Assembly: GCA_018713725.1 (NCBI GenBank)
Contig: DVOJ01000015.1
Location: 9,402-73,401 of the forward strand
Source: Candidatus Caccopulliclostridium gallistercoris
Lineage (GTDB): Bacteria; Bacillota; Clostridia; Christensenellales; UBA1242
Direction of reading: 5' to 3'
DNA length: 64,000 nucleotides
Shown here: positions 36,333-44,957 of the stretch, in pieces
Numbering within the stretch: the stretch's first letter is position 1
How the letters are laid out: each line of letters starts with the position of its first letter
The notes under the pieces: generated by a model
The model's input: the letters and a program-made list of their open reading frames with translations, nothing else
Told to the model about the DNA's origin: nothing
Databases searched by the model: none
Translations under genes and position numbers: made by a program

Positions 36333-37532
36333 CTACATCTCAAAATCACTAGATAAATAGCCTTCATCTATGAGTGTTTTAATTCGCATTTCTTCAAGTT
36401 TTCTCATATAGTCTTGAAAGCACTTAATTGCTTCATATTCACACTTTGAATTTAGATACATACAATGTTCAAGTTCTTTCCAAAGTTTACCTTTTTGCAT
36501 TCGCTTTTGGACTACATATTTTGCATTAAGTTTTAATCTTTCAATCTCTTGACCTTTCAAATTTTTAGCACTTTCAATAACCAAATTTCCAAGTCTGCGA
36601 TACAAATCTTTTGTATATTTTTCACTCAAATTTTGTTGTGGTTTGTCCACACCATTACGCTTGCAATAACTATCTACAAGTTTTTGTTTTTCACTAACAA
36701 GGTCATCAAAATCATTTTTGTAAATGCTTATATCAACATTGTGGGAGATGATATAGTTTGAAATGTTATCAATATTTGGTTGTAGTTTTTGCATATTATC
36801 AGAGTCGTAAAATGTGTGTCCTTGCTCTGGAAATTGATTTGCTAAGTCTAGTAACATTTGCTTTAATTTAAGCCCAGAAACATCGTTTAATCGCTCTTTA
36901 ACACTCTTTGTTAGTCTTAACCTTATTTCTTTCTCACGAGCCTTAAAATCGGTTGCAGAGAGCTCAATATTGGCTTTCAAAAAGTCCATTGCATTGTTTG
37001 AAATATAGCCACGAGAAAAATGCTTTTCTTTGTTTTTCATTCGCTGTGGTTCTTTCTCAAAAAACAATAAATGAATATGTCTGTTGTCTGTATTCTCATG
37101 CAGTCCAGCAAACCACTCAATGTTGTCTGGATTTAGTCCAGCTCGTTTGAAATATTTTGGTAGTTCACTTTTTACAAGGGAATATGCCTGCTCATAACAA
37201 CCACACCATTTCTTGCCAAAGTTTTCTTCAAAGGAAATTATGCCAGACCAAATAACTGATTTGGTTGCTCTCAAATCTTTTCTAAAATCTGCAATTCGTT
37301 CTTTGCTCATCAGTCCATTTTGGTTAAAGATTCCACTAGATTTTGTGCTATTGTTTGAATACTCAACAAAGTCTAATTTCTCTAAATCTTTAATGCCAGT
37401 AGCGACATATTTTAGATAATCATCATATTTGTTAGATGAGTAATAGTCTCGTTTGTCTTGATTGCTTTTATCTTTGTAGTTAGGCAAAAAGAACTCTTGT
37501 TTGTAAATCACATTTGGAACTTTATCTGACAT
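36333..37532 (-). CDS. Relaxase (paralog of 11169..12389)
   Basis: HENTDNRHIHLLF triad, YDDYLKYV, and alignable with the ICE relaxase over most of its length. Confidence 0.65.
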   Translation of the reverse strand: MSDKVPNVIYKQEFFLPNYKDKSNQDKRDYYSSNKYDDYLKYVATGIKDLEKLDFVEYSNNSTKSSGIFNQNGLMSKERIADFRKDLRATKSVIWSGIISFEENFGKKWCGCYEQAYSLVKSELPKYFKRAGLNPDNIEWFAGLHENTDNRHIHLLFFEKEPQRMKNKEKHFSRGYISNNAMDFLKANIELSATDFKAREKEIRLRLTKSVKERLNDVSGLKLKQMLLDLANQFPEQGHTFYDSDNMQKLQPNIDNISNYIISHNVDISIYKNDFDDLVSEKQKLVDSYCKRNGVDKPQQNLSEKYTKDLYRRLGNLVIESAKNLKGQEIERLKLNAKYVVQKRMQKGKLWKELEHCMYLNSKCEYEAIKCFQDYMRKLEEMRIKTLIDEGYLSSDFEM

Positions 37533-37983
37533 CTATAAGCTCCTTTAAAATCCTATCTCGCTCATAGTCAATGCCATTTTCATCTAGTGGGCCATATTTC
37601 CAGCCTTGCGAGTAAGAGTTTAGGTTTATTGGGTTTTGTTTATTGATTAGTTTAGTGATTAAGTTTAGCAGTGCTTGATTTATTCTCACATTTGCATTAG
37701 TGTCCACAAAGTCCATTTTTTGGTTTGCAGATATGGCTGTAAGTTTGTCGTTTATTTCTTGTAAGTTCTTTCTAATCTCGCTGAAATTTATGCTTTGGTT
37801 GAGTGTGTTATCTCCAAGCATTTTATCTGCACCAAGCAAGGCAAAATATTTCATAGCGTCATTTAGGCTATCAAACCTGTCCTTAAACTTTTCAAGCGCT
37901 CGCTTAAAAATCTCATACTCATCTTGATTGTAAACTCTAATCATATATTGAGTTTTCAAATCTCTTGTTTTAATTCTAGCCAT
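37522..37983 (-). CDS. Relaxase partner protein (counterpart of 12367..12825)
   Basis: 153 aa overlapping the relaxase start. N-terminal YMIRVYN strand-like segment. Confidence 0.3.
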   Translation of the reverse strand: MARIKTRDLKTQYMIRVYNQDEYEIFKRALEKFKDRFDSLNDAMKYFALLGADKMLGDNTLNQSINFSEIRKNLQEINDKLTAISANQKMDFVDTNANVRINQALLNLITKLINKQNPINLNSYSQGWKYGPLDENGIDYERDRILKELIDVR

Positions 37984-38238
37984 TTTAGCCTCCTAATTAT
38001 TTCTAGTCTTTCTATGTAGTAGGAAATCTCGCAAAAGGGCAAATCTTGTTTGCACATTTTGAGATATTTCCGCCCGTACCAAAAATTCGTAGAATTTTTA
38101 CATCTCTTTCTATTTCTAATTAAAGGGGCAATGATTGTTTTTTGGTTTGCTTTTACATTTTTAAAATCCTCCTTTTGTTTGAATTTTGTTTTCGACTTTT
38201 TACATTTCAGCACCTCCTTATTTATATTCTTACATAGT

Positions 38239-38942
38239 CGTTCGGACATCATTTGTCCGTTCGGGAATGTTTTTTACACAAATATCTTACAATTCTCGTG
38301 TGGACACCATTTGTCCATGCGGGAATCTATTTTAGAAAATTTTAACATTCTCGCATTATCACCATTTGATAATGCGGTATTTATTTTTCTTCATTTTACA
38401 TTTGTCGTTGGTTCACCGTTTGACCCATCGGGAAATTTATTTTTCTTAATTTAGCAGTGTCGATAGTTCAATGGGTGACCTATCGGAATATTTTTTTGTT
38501 AATTTACCACTGCCGTAGTATCAAGGGGTGATACCACGAGAAAACTTTTTACAAAATCATTTTACAACTCCTTTATCACACACATTGTGTGATGTTAAAA
38601 TTTTTTTCAACTTGATTTTAACAGCCCCGCTGTAAACACATTCTTTACAGCGACAAAAATATTTTCACATAGTCGATTTATCAATGGGTGATATATCGGA
38701 AAATTGTTTTGTGATTTTATTTTATCAATCTCGCTTTACCACCATTTGGTCAAACGAAAAAGATTTTTACAAGAAAGTTTTATAATTCCCGCAACACACC
38801 CATTGTGTGACACGAGAAAACTTTTTTAATTTTCTTGTTTCCATTTCAAATATATCACTCTCGTGTGTTCACCATTTGAACACTCGGGAAATATTTTTAT
38901 ATAAAATTTTATCAACACCAAGAGTTCACCATTTAAACTCTT
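38239..38942. repeat. Array of 13 covarying 10-5-10 hairpin/palindrome units
   Basis: Units at 38239, 38297, 38352, 38406, 38461, 38514, 38575, 38628, 38674, 38732, 38790, 38862 and 38920. Conserved CG closure, (T/A)CA..TG(A/T) inner pairs, CCATT-type loop and GGGAAA/ACGAGAAAAC shoulder. The middle stem bases covary. Confidence 0.8.
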
Positions 38943-38955
38943 CAAAAAAATCACA

Positions 38956-38988
38956 ACAAAAAAATAACCCAAAACGAGTTGAGTTATT
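38956..38988 (-). terminator. Intrinsic terminator of the surface-protein operon
   Basis: AATAACCCAA-N6-TTGAGTTATT (1 mismatch) followed by 7 T on the minus strand. Confidence 0.65.
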
Positions 38989-39130
38989 TTCTATGTAAGT
39001 TATTAAACTTAATATATCCTCATATATTTAAGGACATTTTTATTTGAAAAATTAAGGCAGTAAATTAATATTTGAGATAATTCTTTTATAATTGCATTTT
39101 AATAAAATTAATATACTCTTAATTGTTAAT

Positions 39131-39412
39131 TTAGTTAAGGTTACTACAATATGCGCAATCATTTTCTGAATGAGCTTCCTTTAATTCCAAATCAATAAAT
39201 TTATGTAACATTTTATAATCATAATTTTCAGGATATTTCTTTTTTACATAGTTGGTTACCGAACCATATATTTGCCCTTTTTCTAAGTTATAAGTTTCAT
39301 ATGTTATCGCACCACAATGACAAGTTCTAATTATTGCCATTTCTAAAAGTATCTCTCTTGCTATGGCACGATATTCTTCTTGTTTTTCTAACTCTCTTTT
39401 TGATAAACTCAT
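39131..39412 (-). CDS. Small Cys-containing protein
   Basis: 93 aa with CHCG...CAYC. Confidence 0.35.
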   Translation of the reverse strand: MSLSKRELEKQEEYRAIAREILLEMAIIRTCHCGAITYETYNLEKGQIYGSVTNYVKKKYPENYDYKMLHKFIDLELKEAHSENDCAYCSNLN

Positions 39413-39430
39413 CTTTATTTCTCCTTTTTA

Positions 39431-39943
39431 TTATTTATATACAGGCACAAATGAACCTATAAGTGTTCCAGCATAATACAATTGCACTAATGATGGAATT
39501 GAATAATGACCAGTACCATTCAAATAGCATGCATTTCCACTCCATAATGCAACATTTTTTAATTCCTTTGAATTAATAGTAAAACTTTCACTTGTATTAG
39601 GATATGAATAATCTCCATATTTAGCGATATAAGTATAATCTTGAATTTCTCCTGATGTGGTTTTTTGAGTAAACTTGAAATAAAAATCGGAAACATCATA
39701 TTTTTTTGAATCTTTTGTATCGTTGTTTATTGTTATAGATATACCAAAGTAAATTGGTCTAGAAGGACTCATTGAATTAGATAATGTAGTACTCATTAAT
39801 TTTTTATTGTATGTCATGGTAATCTCATTTGTATATGTTATATTGCTATCCGATTCAGGCGATTTAGAGCATGCACAAAATGTAAACAAACTAGCGAAAA
39901 TCAATGCAAAACATATTATTATTCTTTTCATAAGCTTCTCCAT
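39431..39943 (-). CDS. Lipoprotein
   Basis: Signal peptide with the lipobox TFCAC. Confidence 0.55.
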   Translation of the reverse strand: MEKLMKRIIICFALIFASLFTFCACSKSPESDSNITYTNEITMTYNKKLMSTTLSNSMSPSRPIYFGISITINNDTKDSKKYDVSDFYFKFTQKTTSGEIQDYTYIAKYGDYSYPNTSESFTINSKELKNVALWSGNACYLNGTGHYSIPSLVQLYYAGTLIGSFVPVYK

Positions 39944-39946
39944 TTA

Positions 39947-41323
39947 TTAATATAAATCCGGCAAACCACTGATTTTACTTAAATTCCAATTATTTGAATC
40001 CCAGTTATTTCTGCAGTAATCAATTATTTCTTGCTTCGAAATTATCTCATAATTAGAATTTTTATCTTCGGTTTTACTATTATTTACTATGATATTTTGT
40101 TCAGCACTGGTAAAGCTATTGGTCGTTGTCGGTCCACTCACAATTAATCCTCCAAATACTGCACTGTCATCACTTCCAGCTGTAATATTTATATTTCCAA
40201 TTGCAAAACAATTATCAATTTGAGTTATACTCTCGGTTACAACATTGTTTCCTATTAAACCACCAACACTTACTTTTTGTGTGGTGGAGATAGCATTAAT
40301 TTCTCCTACAGAATAACAATATGATACTTGTCCACCATTTAAACTTCCTATCAAACCACCAGTAGTGTTATTCCCATAAGTCTCCGACATGATTGATACA
40401 TCAGAATACGAATTTGTAATTATATTACCTTGTTGATTACATCTACCAACTAGTCCACCACAATATCCATAACGAAAACTTGATTTTATAGAAATTGTAC
40501 CAGTAACTAAACTTTTATTTATAATTATTTTATTATTTGCGTTCGCCACCAATATTCCAACATTAAAAGTTGAAGATGTTTCATAATCAATTTTTGCATT
40601 AACAATTTTTAAATTTTCAATTTTACAATTTTGTCCTGAAACACCTATAAATCCATAGTTTCTTTCAAGTGTTGACGATTTAGTTATTTCCATATTCCTT
40701 ATTTCATATCCATTACCAAAAAATTGACCAGTAAAAGGTACTGATGTGTTTCCAATAGTATTCCATTCAATCCCCGATAAATCTATTGATTTTTCTAGGT
40801 GAATTTCACTAGACCAAAATCTTTGATTATTTACTATTTTTAATAAATCAGCAACATCATTTATTTGGAAAACCCATTTGGCATATAATTTAATATCACT
40901 TTCACTTGAGCAATCAATACTTACAATTTTTTCTCCATCAAAATTTGCATTATCATACCAGCCATAAAATACATATTCTTGCTTTGTTGGTTCAAATAAA
41001 TACAAAATTTCATCACTTGATATGAACGATGTCTTATTTAAATCATTATTAATTCCACCATTAAGTTCATAAGAAATTTTAACAATTTTATTCCACTTTG
41101 CTACTAGAGTTATGTTTTCTGTTACAGAATACCCAATAAAACTCCACTTTTCATCTTCATAATACCAGCCTGCAAACTCATAACCTTCTTTTACGGGGTC
41201 TGTTGGTTTAGTCGCTTTGCCAGCATATTTAATACCTGTTTGGGCGGGAATGTTATTACCGCCATCGGAATTAAAAGATACCGTATATGTCTTTGTTGCC
41301 AAATCGCCATTAACCAAATCCAA
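39947..41323 (-). CDS. Surface protein with Listeria-Bacteroides (InlB B-type) repeats and GLUG motifs
   Basis: YTVSFNSDGG...GYEFAGWY and ISYELNGG...VFYGWY repeats, then repeated GGL(V/I)G motifs. No obvious signal peptide. Overlaps the upstream gene by 11 nt. Confidence 0.65.
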   Translation of the reverse strand: MDLVNGDLATKTYTVSFNSDGGNNIPAQTGIKYAGKATKPTDPVKEGYEFAGWYYEDEKWSFIGYSVTENITLVAKWNKIVKISYELNGGINNDLNKTSFISSDEILYLFEPTKQEYVFYGWYDNANFDGEKIVSIDCSSESDIKLYAKWVFQINDVADLLKIVNNQRFWSSEIHLEKSIDLSGIEWNTIGNTSVPFTGQFFGNGYEIRNMEITKSSTLERNYGFIGVSGQNCKIENLKIVNAKIDYETSSTFNVGILVANANNKIIINKSLVTGTISIKSSFRYGYCGGLVGRCNQQGNIITNSYSDVSIMSETYGNNTTGGLIGSLNGGQVSYCYSVGEINAISTTQKVSVGGLIGNNVVTESITQIDNCFAIGNINITAGSDDSAVFGGLIVSGPTTTNSFTSAEQNIIVNNSKTEDKNSNYEIISKQEIIDYCRNNWDSNNWNLSKISGLPDLY

Positions 41324-41332
41324 TATCCATTC

Positions 41333-42517
41333 TTATTCTGTCTTATCATAATCTGGATTATATATTTTATAAATTTCATATGCTGACAAGCCATTTGAAC
41401 CATTTGTTACAGTATAAGTTGTGTATGTTCCATCAGTATAATTTATTGTATATGTATCAATAAGACCATCGGAAGATGTTTTTGCTATGATATCTATCCC
41501 GCGTCCATTTGTTCCATTTGTAATAGTAAAACTTGTTGAGGTTCCATCAGTAAATAAAATTTTATATGTGTCAATATTGTTTTGAGTATTTTCTTTTTCA
41601 ATTTTTACTATACCATTACCTGTTTCACCCTTGTCACCCTTTTCGCCATTTAATCCATTTGTAATTTTAAAAGTTGATGTCTCATTGTTTGAATATGTTA
41701 TAGTATATGTGTCTACATTTTCTTCGGAAGATGTTTTTAAAATAGAAACGATGCTAACACCATCTTTTCCGTCAATTCCATCTTTTCCATTGGTTCCATT
41801 TTTGCCATCTTTACCATTAACTATTGAATAATCAAAATATTTTCCATCTGAAAAAACTATTCTATAATTATCAATATTATCAACTGAATTAGTTTTTTCA
41901 ATTTTTTCTATGCCGACACCAGCATCTCCAGTTATTTTTCCCAAATCTAAAGAAGTGTTATTTGATAATTTTAAAATCAAATTACCCTTATCATTAATAT
42001 TAGCCAACTCAATACCAATGCCATCTTTCCCAGCTATACCTTGAATTCCTTGAACACCATCTTGCCCATTAACAATTTCAAAAGTAGAAGTGGTATTATC
42101 GGTATAAGTAATAGTATATGTGTCAATTAACCCATCTGTTGAAGTCTTGACGATTGACTTAATACCTACGCCATCACGTCCATCTTTACCATCTATACCC
42201 TTAGCACTTATTTTTGTATCTATATTATCTATAAACCAATTCCCATTTGGGCCTATAGTTATAATAGGAGTGTGACCATCTTTGCCTGATTCTCCCTTTA
42301 TTCCCTGAATGCCATCTTTACCATTTGTAACCACAAAAAATGAAGTTGTTTCATCGCTGTAAGTTATAGTATAAGTGTCTTCTAATCCGTCTGTCATCGT
42401 TTTTTCTATTGAAATTATATATGGCTTTTGTGTTTCGCCACATCCTGTCAATAGAAATATTCCGGGAATGAAAACCATTATAAACATAATAATAAAAACA
42501 AAGATTTTCTTTTTCAT
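41333..42517 (-). CDS. Lipoprotein with collagen-like G-x-x tracts alternating with ~45-aa repeats
   Basis: Lipobox LLTGC. Tracts such as GKDGIQGIKGESGKDG and GKDGKNGTNGKDGIDGKDG. Seven DTYTITY-type modules. ATG at 42517 with a GGAG RBS is preferred. Confidence 0.7.
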   Translation of the reverse strand: MKKKIFVFIIMFIMVFIPGIFLLTGCGETQKPYIISIEKTMTDGLEDTYTITYSDETTSFFVVTNGKDGIQGIKGESGKDGHTPIITIGPNGNWFIDNIDTKISAKGIDGKDGRDGVGIKSIVKTSTDGLIDTYTITYTDNTTSTFEIVNGQDGVQGIQGIAGKDGIGIELANINDKGNLILKLSNNTSLDLGKITGDAGVGIEKIEKTNSVDNIDNYRIVFSDGKYFDYSIVNGKDGKNGTNGKDGIDGKDGVSIVSILKTSSEENVDTYTITYSNNETSTFKITNGLNGEKGDKGETGNGIVKIEKENTQNNIDTYKILFTDGTSTSFTITNGTNGRGIDIIAKTSSDGLIDTYTINYTDGTYTTYTVTNGSNGLSAYEIYKIYNPDYDKTE

Positions 42518-42533
42518 ATTACGCTCCTTCAAA

Positions 42534-42684
42534 TACATTTATCTCATAGATAGATGTATAAATAATAACATATTTTATTAATATTTGCAACATTATGGCA
42601 ATTTGTGAAAAAATAATCTGAGATTTTGAGTGTGTTTATTACTTTTTAACAATAAATTATTCGTTTATCTATGAGATAAATGTA
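42534..42684. promoter_or_regulatory. Putative invertible promoter segment flanked by inverted recombinase core sites
   Basis: 19-bp perfect IR (42534-42552 vs 42666-42684). Each end reads as 9-bp arm / 7-bp spacer / 9-bp arm, and the spacers CTCATAG and CTATGAG are reverse complements. Confidence 0.6.
42562..42590 (-). promoter_or_regulatory. Sigma-A-type promoter inside the invertible segment, currently facing the surface operon
   Basis: Minus strand TTGCAA-N14-TGT-TATTAT (17-bp spacer, extended -10). Confidence 0.5.
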
Positions 42685-42693
42685 TAATTTTAG

Positions 42694-42717
42694 TCAGCCA
42701 GTTTGGCTGATTTTTTT
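42694..42717 (+). terminator. Plus-strand intrinsic terminator between the switch and the recombinase gene
   Basis: TCAGCCA-GTT-TGGCTGA followed by TTTTTTT. Confidence 0.6.
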
Positions 42718-42741
42718 GTTAAAATTTCCATAGCTTTTCAT

Positions 42742-43593
42742 TTATTTTGTAAATTTGTATGAACAATATCTATTTAAAGTTATCGTTGGAGATGAATGAC
42801 CAAGGAGTTCGCTAATTGTTTTTATATCAACTCCGTTTTCAAGTAGTCTCGTTGCAAATGTATGGCGAAGTGAGTGAAATCCATAATGTTTGATATGTAA
42901 TTTTTTAAGTAAATTATCAAATGATTTTTGATAAGCTCTTGGTTGTATTTGTTTTCCATTATGACTTACAATTACATAGTCACTTTTAGAGTTTTTTCTT
43001 AATACTTTCAACAAATCTAACAATTTTTTAGGAATAGGAATTTCCCTTATTGAACTTTGCGTTTTTGGCGAACTTTCGATGGTTAAAGTCTTATGATGTT
43101 GAGAAATAGTTCCAATCGATTTATCAACATAAATAAGTTTATTTTTAATGTCTATATTTTGCCATTTTAGTGCTAAAACTTCACCAAGTCTGAGCCCTGT
43201 GTAAAGACTTAATAAAATGCCAAAATAATAAATCTTATTGTTTTTCCAAATAAAGTTTTCAAGCTTTGTTTGCTCTTGCTTTTCCAGTGCTTGAACTTTT
43301 CTTATTTGTTGATTTTTTAAATACAAAGTTATTACTATTTTTTCTTTTATTAAACCTTTTTCAAAAGCAAAGTTGAGACTTCTGTTCACCAAACTTTTAA
43401 TGAGTTTTGTTGTAGAATAAGAAAATTTTTCCTTTATACTAACGAGAAATTCATTAAGATTGCTTAACGAAATTTCCTTATTAAATCCAACAATATAAAT
43501 ATCGTTCACTTGCAAGTAGAATAGATATGTTTTTTTCTTTATAGAGTATTTGATATTTTCCAAATACTGCATAACGATGTCTTTTAATTTCAT
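42742..43593 (-). CDS. Small tyrosine recombinase (XerC/D-like; candidate invertase)
   Basis: GLRLGE, HSLRHTFAT, LGHSS and RY catalytic set. 283 aa with no arm-binding domain. Adjacent to the IR-flanked segment. Confidence 0.8.
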   Translation of the reverse strand: MKLKDIVMQYLENIKYSIKKKTYLFYLQVNDIYIVGFNKEISLSNLNEFLVSIKEKFSYSTTKLIKSLVNRSLNFAFEKGLIKEKIVITLYLKNQQIRKVQALEKQEQTKLENFIWKNNKIYYFGILLSLYTGLRLGEVLALKWQNIDIKNKLIYVDKSIGTISQHHKTLTIESSPKTQSSIREIPIPKKLLDLLKVLRKNSKSDYVIVSHNGKQIQPRAYQKSFDNLLKKLHIKHYGFHSLRHTFATRLLENGVDIKTISELLGHSSPTITLNRYCSYKFTK

Positions 43594-43720
43594 ATAAAAT
43601 TCCTCCTTGCATTATTTTACTTTGCCTTAGAGAAATTTTGAATGTGTAAAATTAAGTAATTTAACAAGTATCAAAAAGTTTAAAAGTTATATTTTTCACT
43701 TTTACTAGCTCCCATATTAG

Positions 43721-43834
43721 TATTGTATAAACAATATTATATATTATTTTATCAAAAACTACAAGCCTTTACTATTGTTTCTACAATATTATAATTTTTA
43801 AGTGTTTGGCTACAATAGTATTGTGAAAACAATA
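43721..43834. promoter_or_regulatory. Three copies of the palindrome TATTGT-N4-ACAATA (operators)
   Basis: 43721-43736, 43773-43788 and 43819-43834, between the recombinase gene and the XRE gene. Confidence 0.55.
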
Positions 43835-43852
43835 CAAAAGGAAATAAGCAAA

Positions 43853-44098
43853 ATGAATACAGTCGCAGAAGTTGTAGTAAAGCGAATTAAAGAGATATTA
43901 AACGAAAAAGGTATGTCAATTTATCGTTTAGAAAAAATCACAGCAATGTCTCACAACACAATGCAAACACTAATGCGTGCGGACAATAATAGCGTAAATC
44001 TAAAAACCGTTTTGCTAGTCATTCGTGGATTAGGTGTTACTACTGCTGAATTTTTTAACTCTCCAATGTTTGACGATGAAGATTTAGATATAGATTAA
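43853..44098 (+). CDS. XRE-family HTH protein
   Basis: HTH_3-like IKEILNEKGMSIYRLEKITAMSHNTMQ. ATG at 43853 is preferred. Confidence 0.7.
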   Translation: MNTVAEVVVKRIKEILNEKGMSIYRLEKITAMSHNTMQTLMRADNNSVNLKTVLLVIRGLGVTTAEFFNSPMFDDEDLDID

Positions 44099-44111
44099 TC
44101 AAGGAAAGAAT

Positions 44112-44726
44112 ATGAACGAAAAACTAACAGATTTATATAGAAAGTTATCTTTAATTACACATACGATTGAATCTGCTGAAGATTGCTATGTAAACTTCCA
44201 GATATTAGAAGAAACTATTAATGCTAAAATGAAAATAACTGAAATATCCAATGTATCATTAAATACTTTTAAATTTGCTTGTCTATATCAGGCGATTATG
44301 AATTTAAGTAAAGTATTTGCTGATAAGAATAGAAGTTCCTATACAATTTCTAAGCTATTTGATGAATTTATTAAATATAAAAACGAATTCTACAATTCAA
44401 ATTTAGTCGAAAATACAATTTCCGACTTAAAAAATCGTTTGAATGAATATGATGAAAGCATATCCAGATTAAAACAACGAAGAAATAAAATGTATGCTCA
44501 TAATGATAAAGAATATTTTGGAGATAAAGATAAAATAGTTAGAGAACTTCCATTGTTTTTTGCAGACAAAGAGTGTTTAATTGATTATGGGAAATTCGCA
44601 ACAAATAAACTAAGGGACCTTTTTAATCGTCCGGGGCAACGAATATCCCATTATCTGTATGGTAACAATCAAGATTTTTATAATACTATTGAGTTTATAG
44701 AGAATAATTACAAAAAATTAAATTAA
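44112..44726 (+). CDS. HEPN-like (Abi-type) protein
   Basis: RRNKMYAHND fits the HEPN Rx4-6H motif. Helical protein directly downstream of the XRE gene. Confidence 0.35.
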   Translation: MNEKLTDLYRKLSLITHTIESAEDCYVNFQILEETINAKMKITEISNVSLNTFKFACLYQAIMNLSKVFADKNRSSYTISKLFDEFIKYKNEFYNSNLVENTISDLKNRLNEYDESISRLKQRRNKMYAHNDKEYFGDKDKIVRELPLFFADKECLIDYGKFATNKLRDLFNRPGQRISHYLYGNNQDFYNTIEFIENNYKKLN

Positions 44727-44829
44727 AAAAAACACTAGCATTCCCAGTGTTCTAAATTAAAAAGTTTATAAAAGTTTTAGGCAGTTTTATATGGTTTTAG
44801 ACCACATAAATTTACTAAAAAGTGCACAT

Positions 44830-44873
44830 TTGATGTCAACTGATGTCAAGTGTGCATTTTTGTTTGACATCAA
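44830..44873. repeat. Arm-type site cluster at the IME right end
   Basis: TTGATGTCAA at 44830-44839, TGATGTCAA at 44841-44849, TTGACATCAA at 44864-44873. Confidence 0.6.
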
Positions 44874-44957
44874 AAAACTTTTTTATATGCTCAAAAGCCT
44901 TTATTTTAGGGACATTCAAGACAGTGCGTATAAACCCACTCAAAAACATACACTTTT

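Noticed and set aside
37956-38252. 98-aa basic ORF overlapping the start of the accessory gene and hairpin 1
   Set aside because: It has no convincing RBS, overlaps 37522..37983, and starts inside a hairpin. It cannot be excluded but is not supported.
38239-38942. Could the hairpin array be a CRISPR array?
   Set aside because: No identical direct repeat alternates with unique spacers. The variable part is the palindromic stem itself, units are ~55 bp with degenerate flanks, and no cas genes are nearby.
38050-38998. Tracked ORFs 38050..38454 (+) and 38807..38998 (+) across the hairpin array
   Set aside because: Their low-complexity translations follow the repeat periodicity, and there is no RBS. 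They are by-products of the T-rich repeat sequence.
41400-42400. Periodic DNA repeats that might be a satellite or CRISPR-like array
   Set aside because: They are in frame and encode the repeated collagen-like/DTYTITY modules of one lipoprotein.
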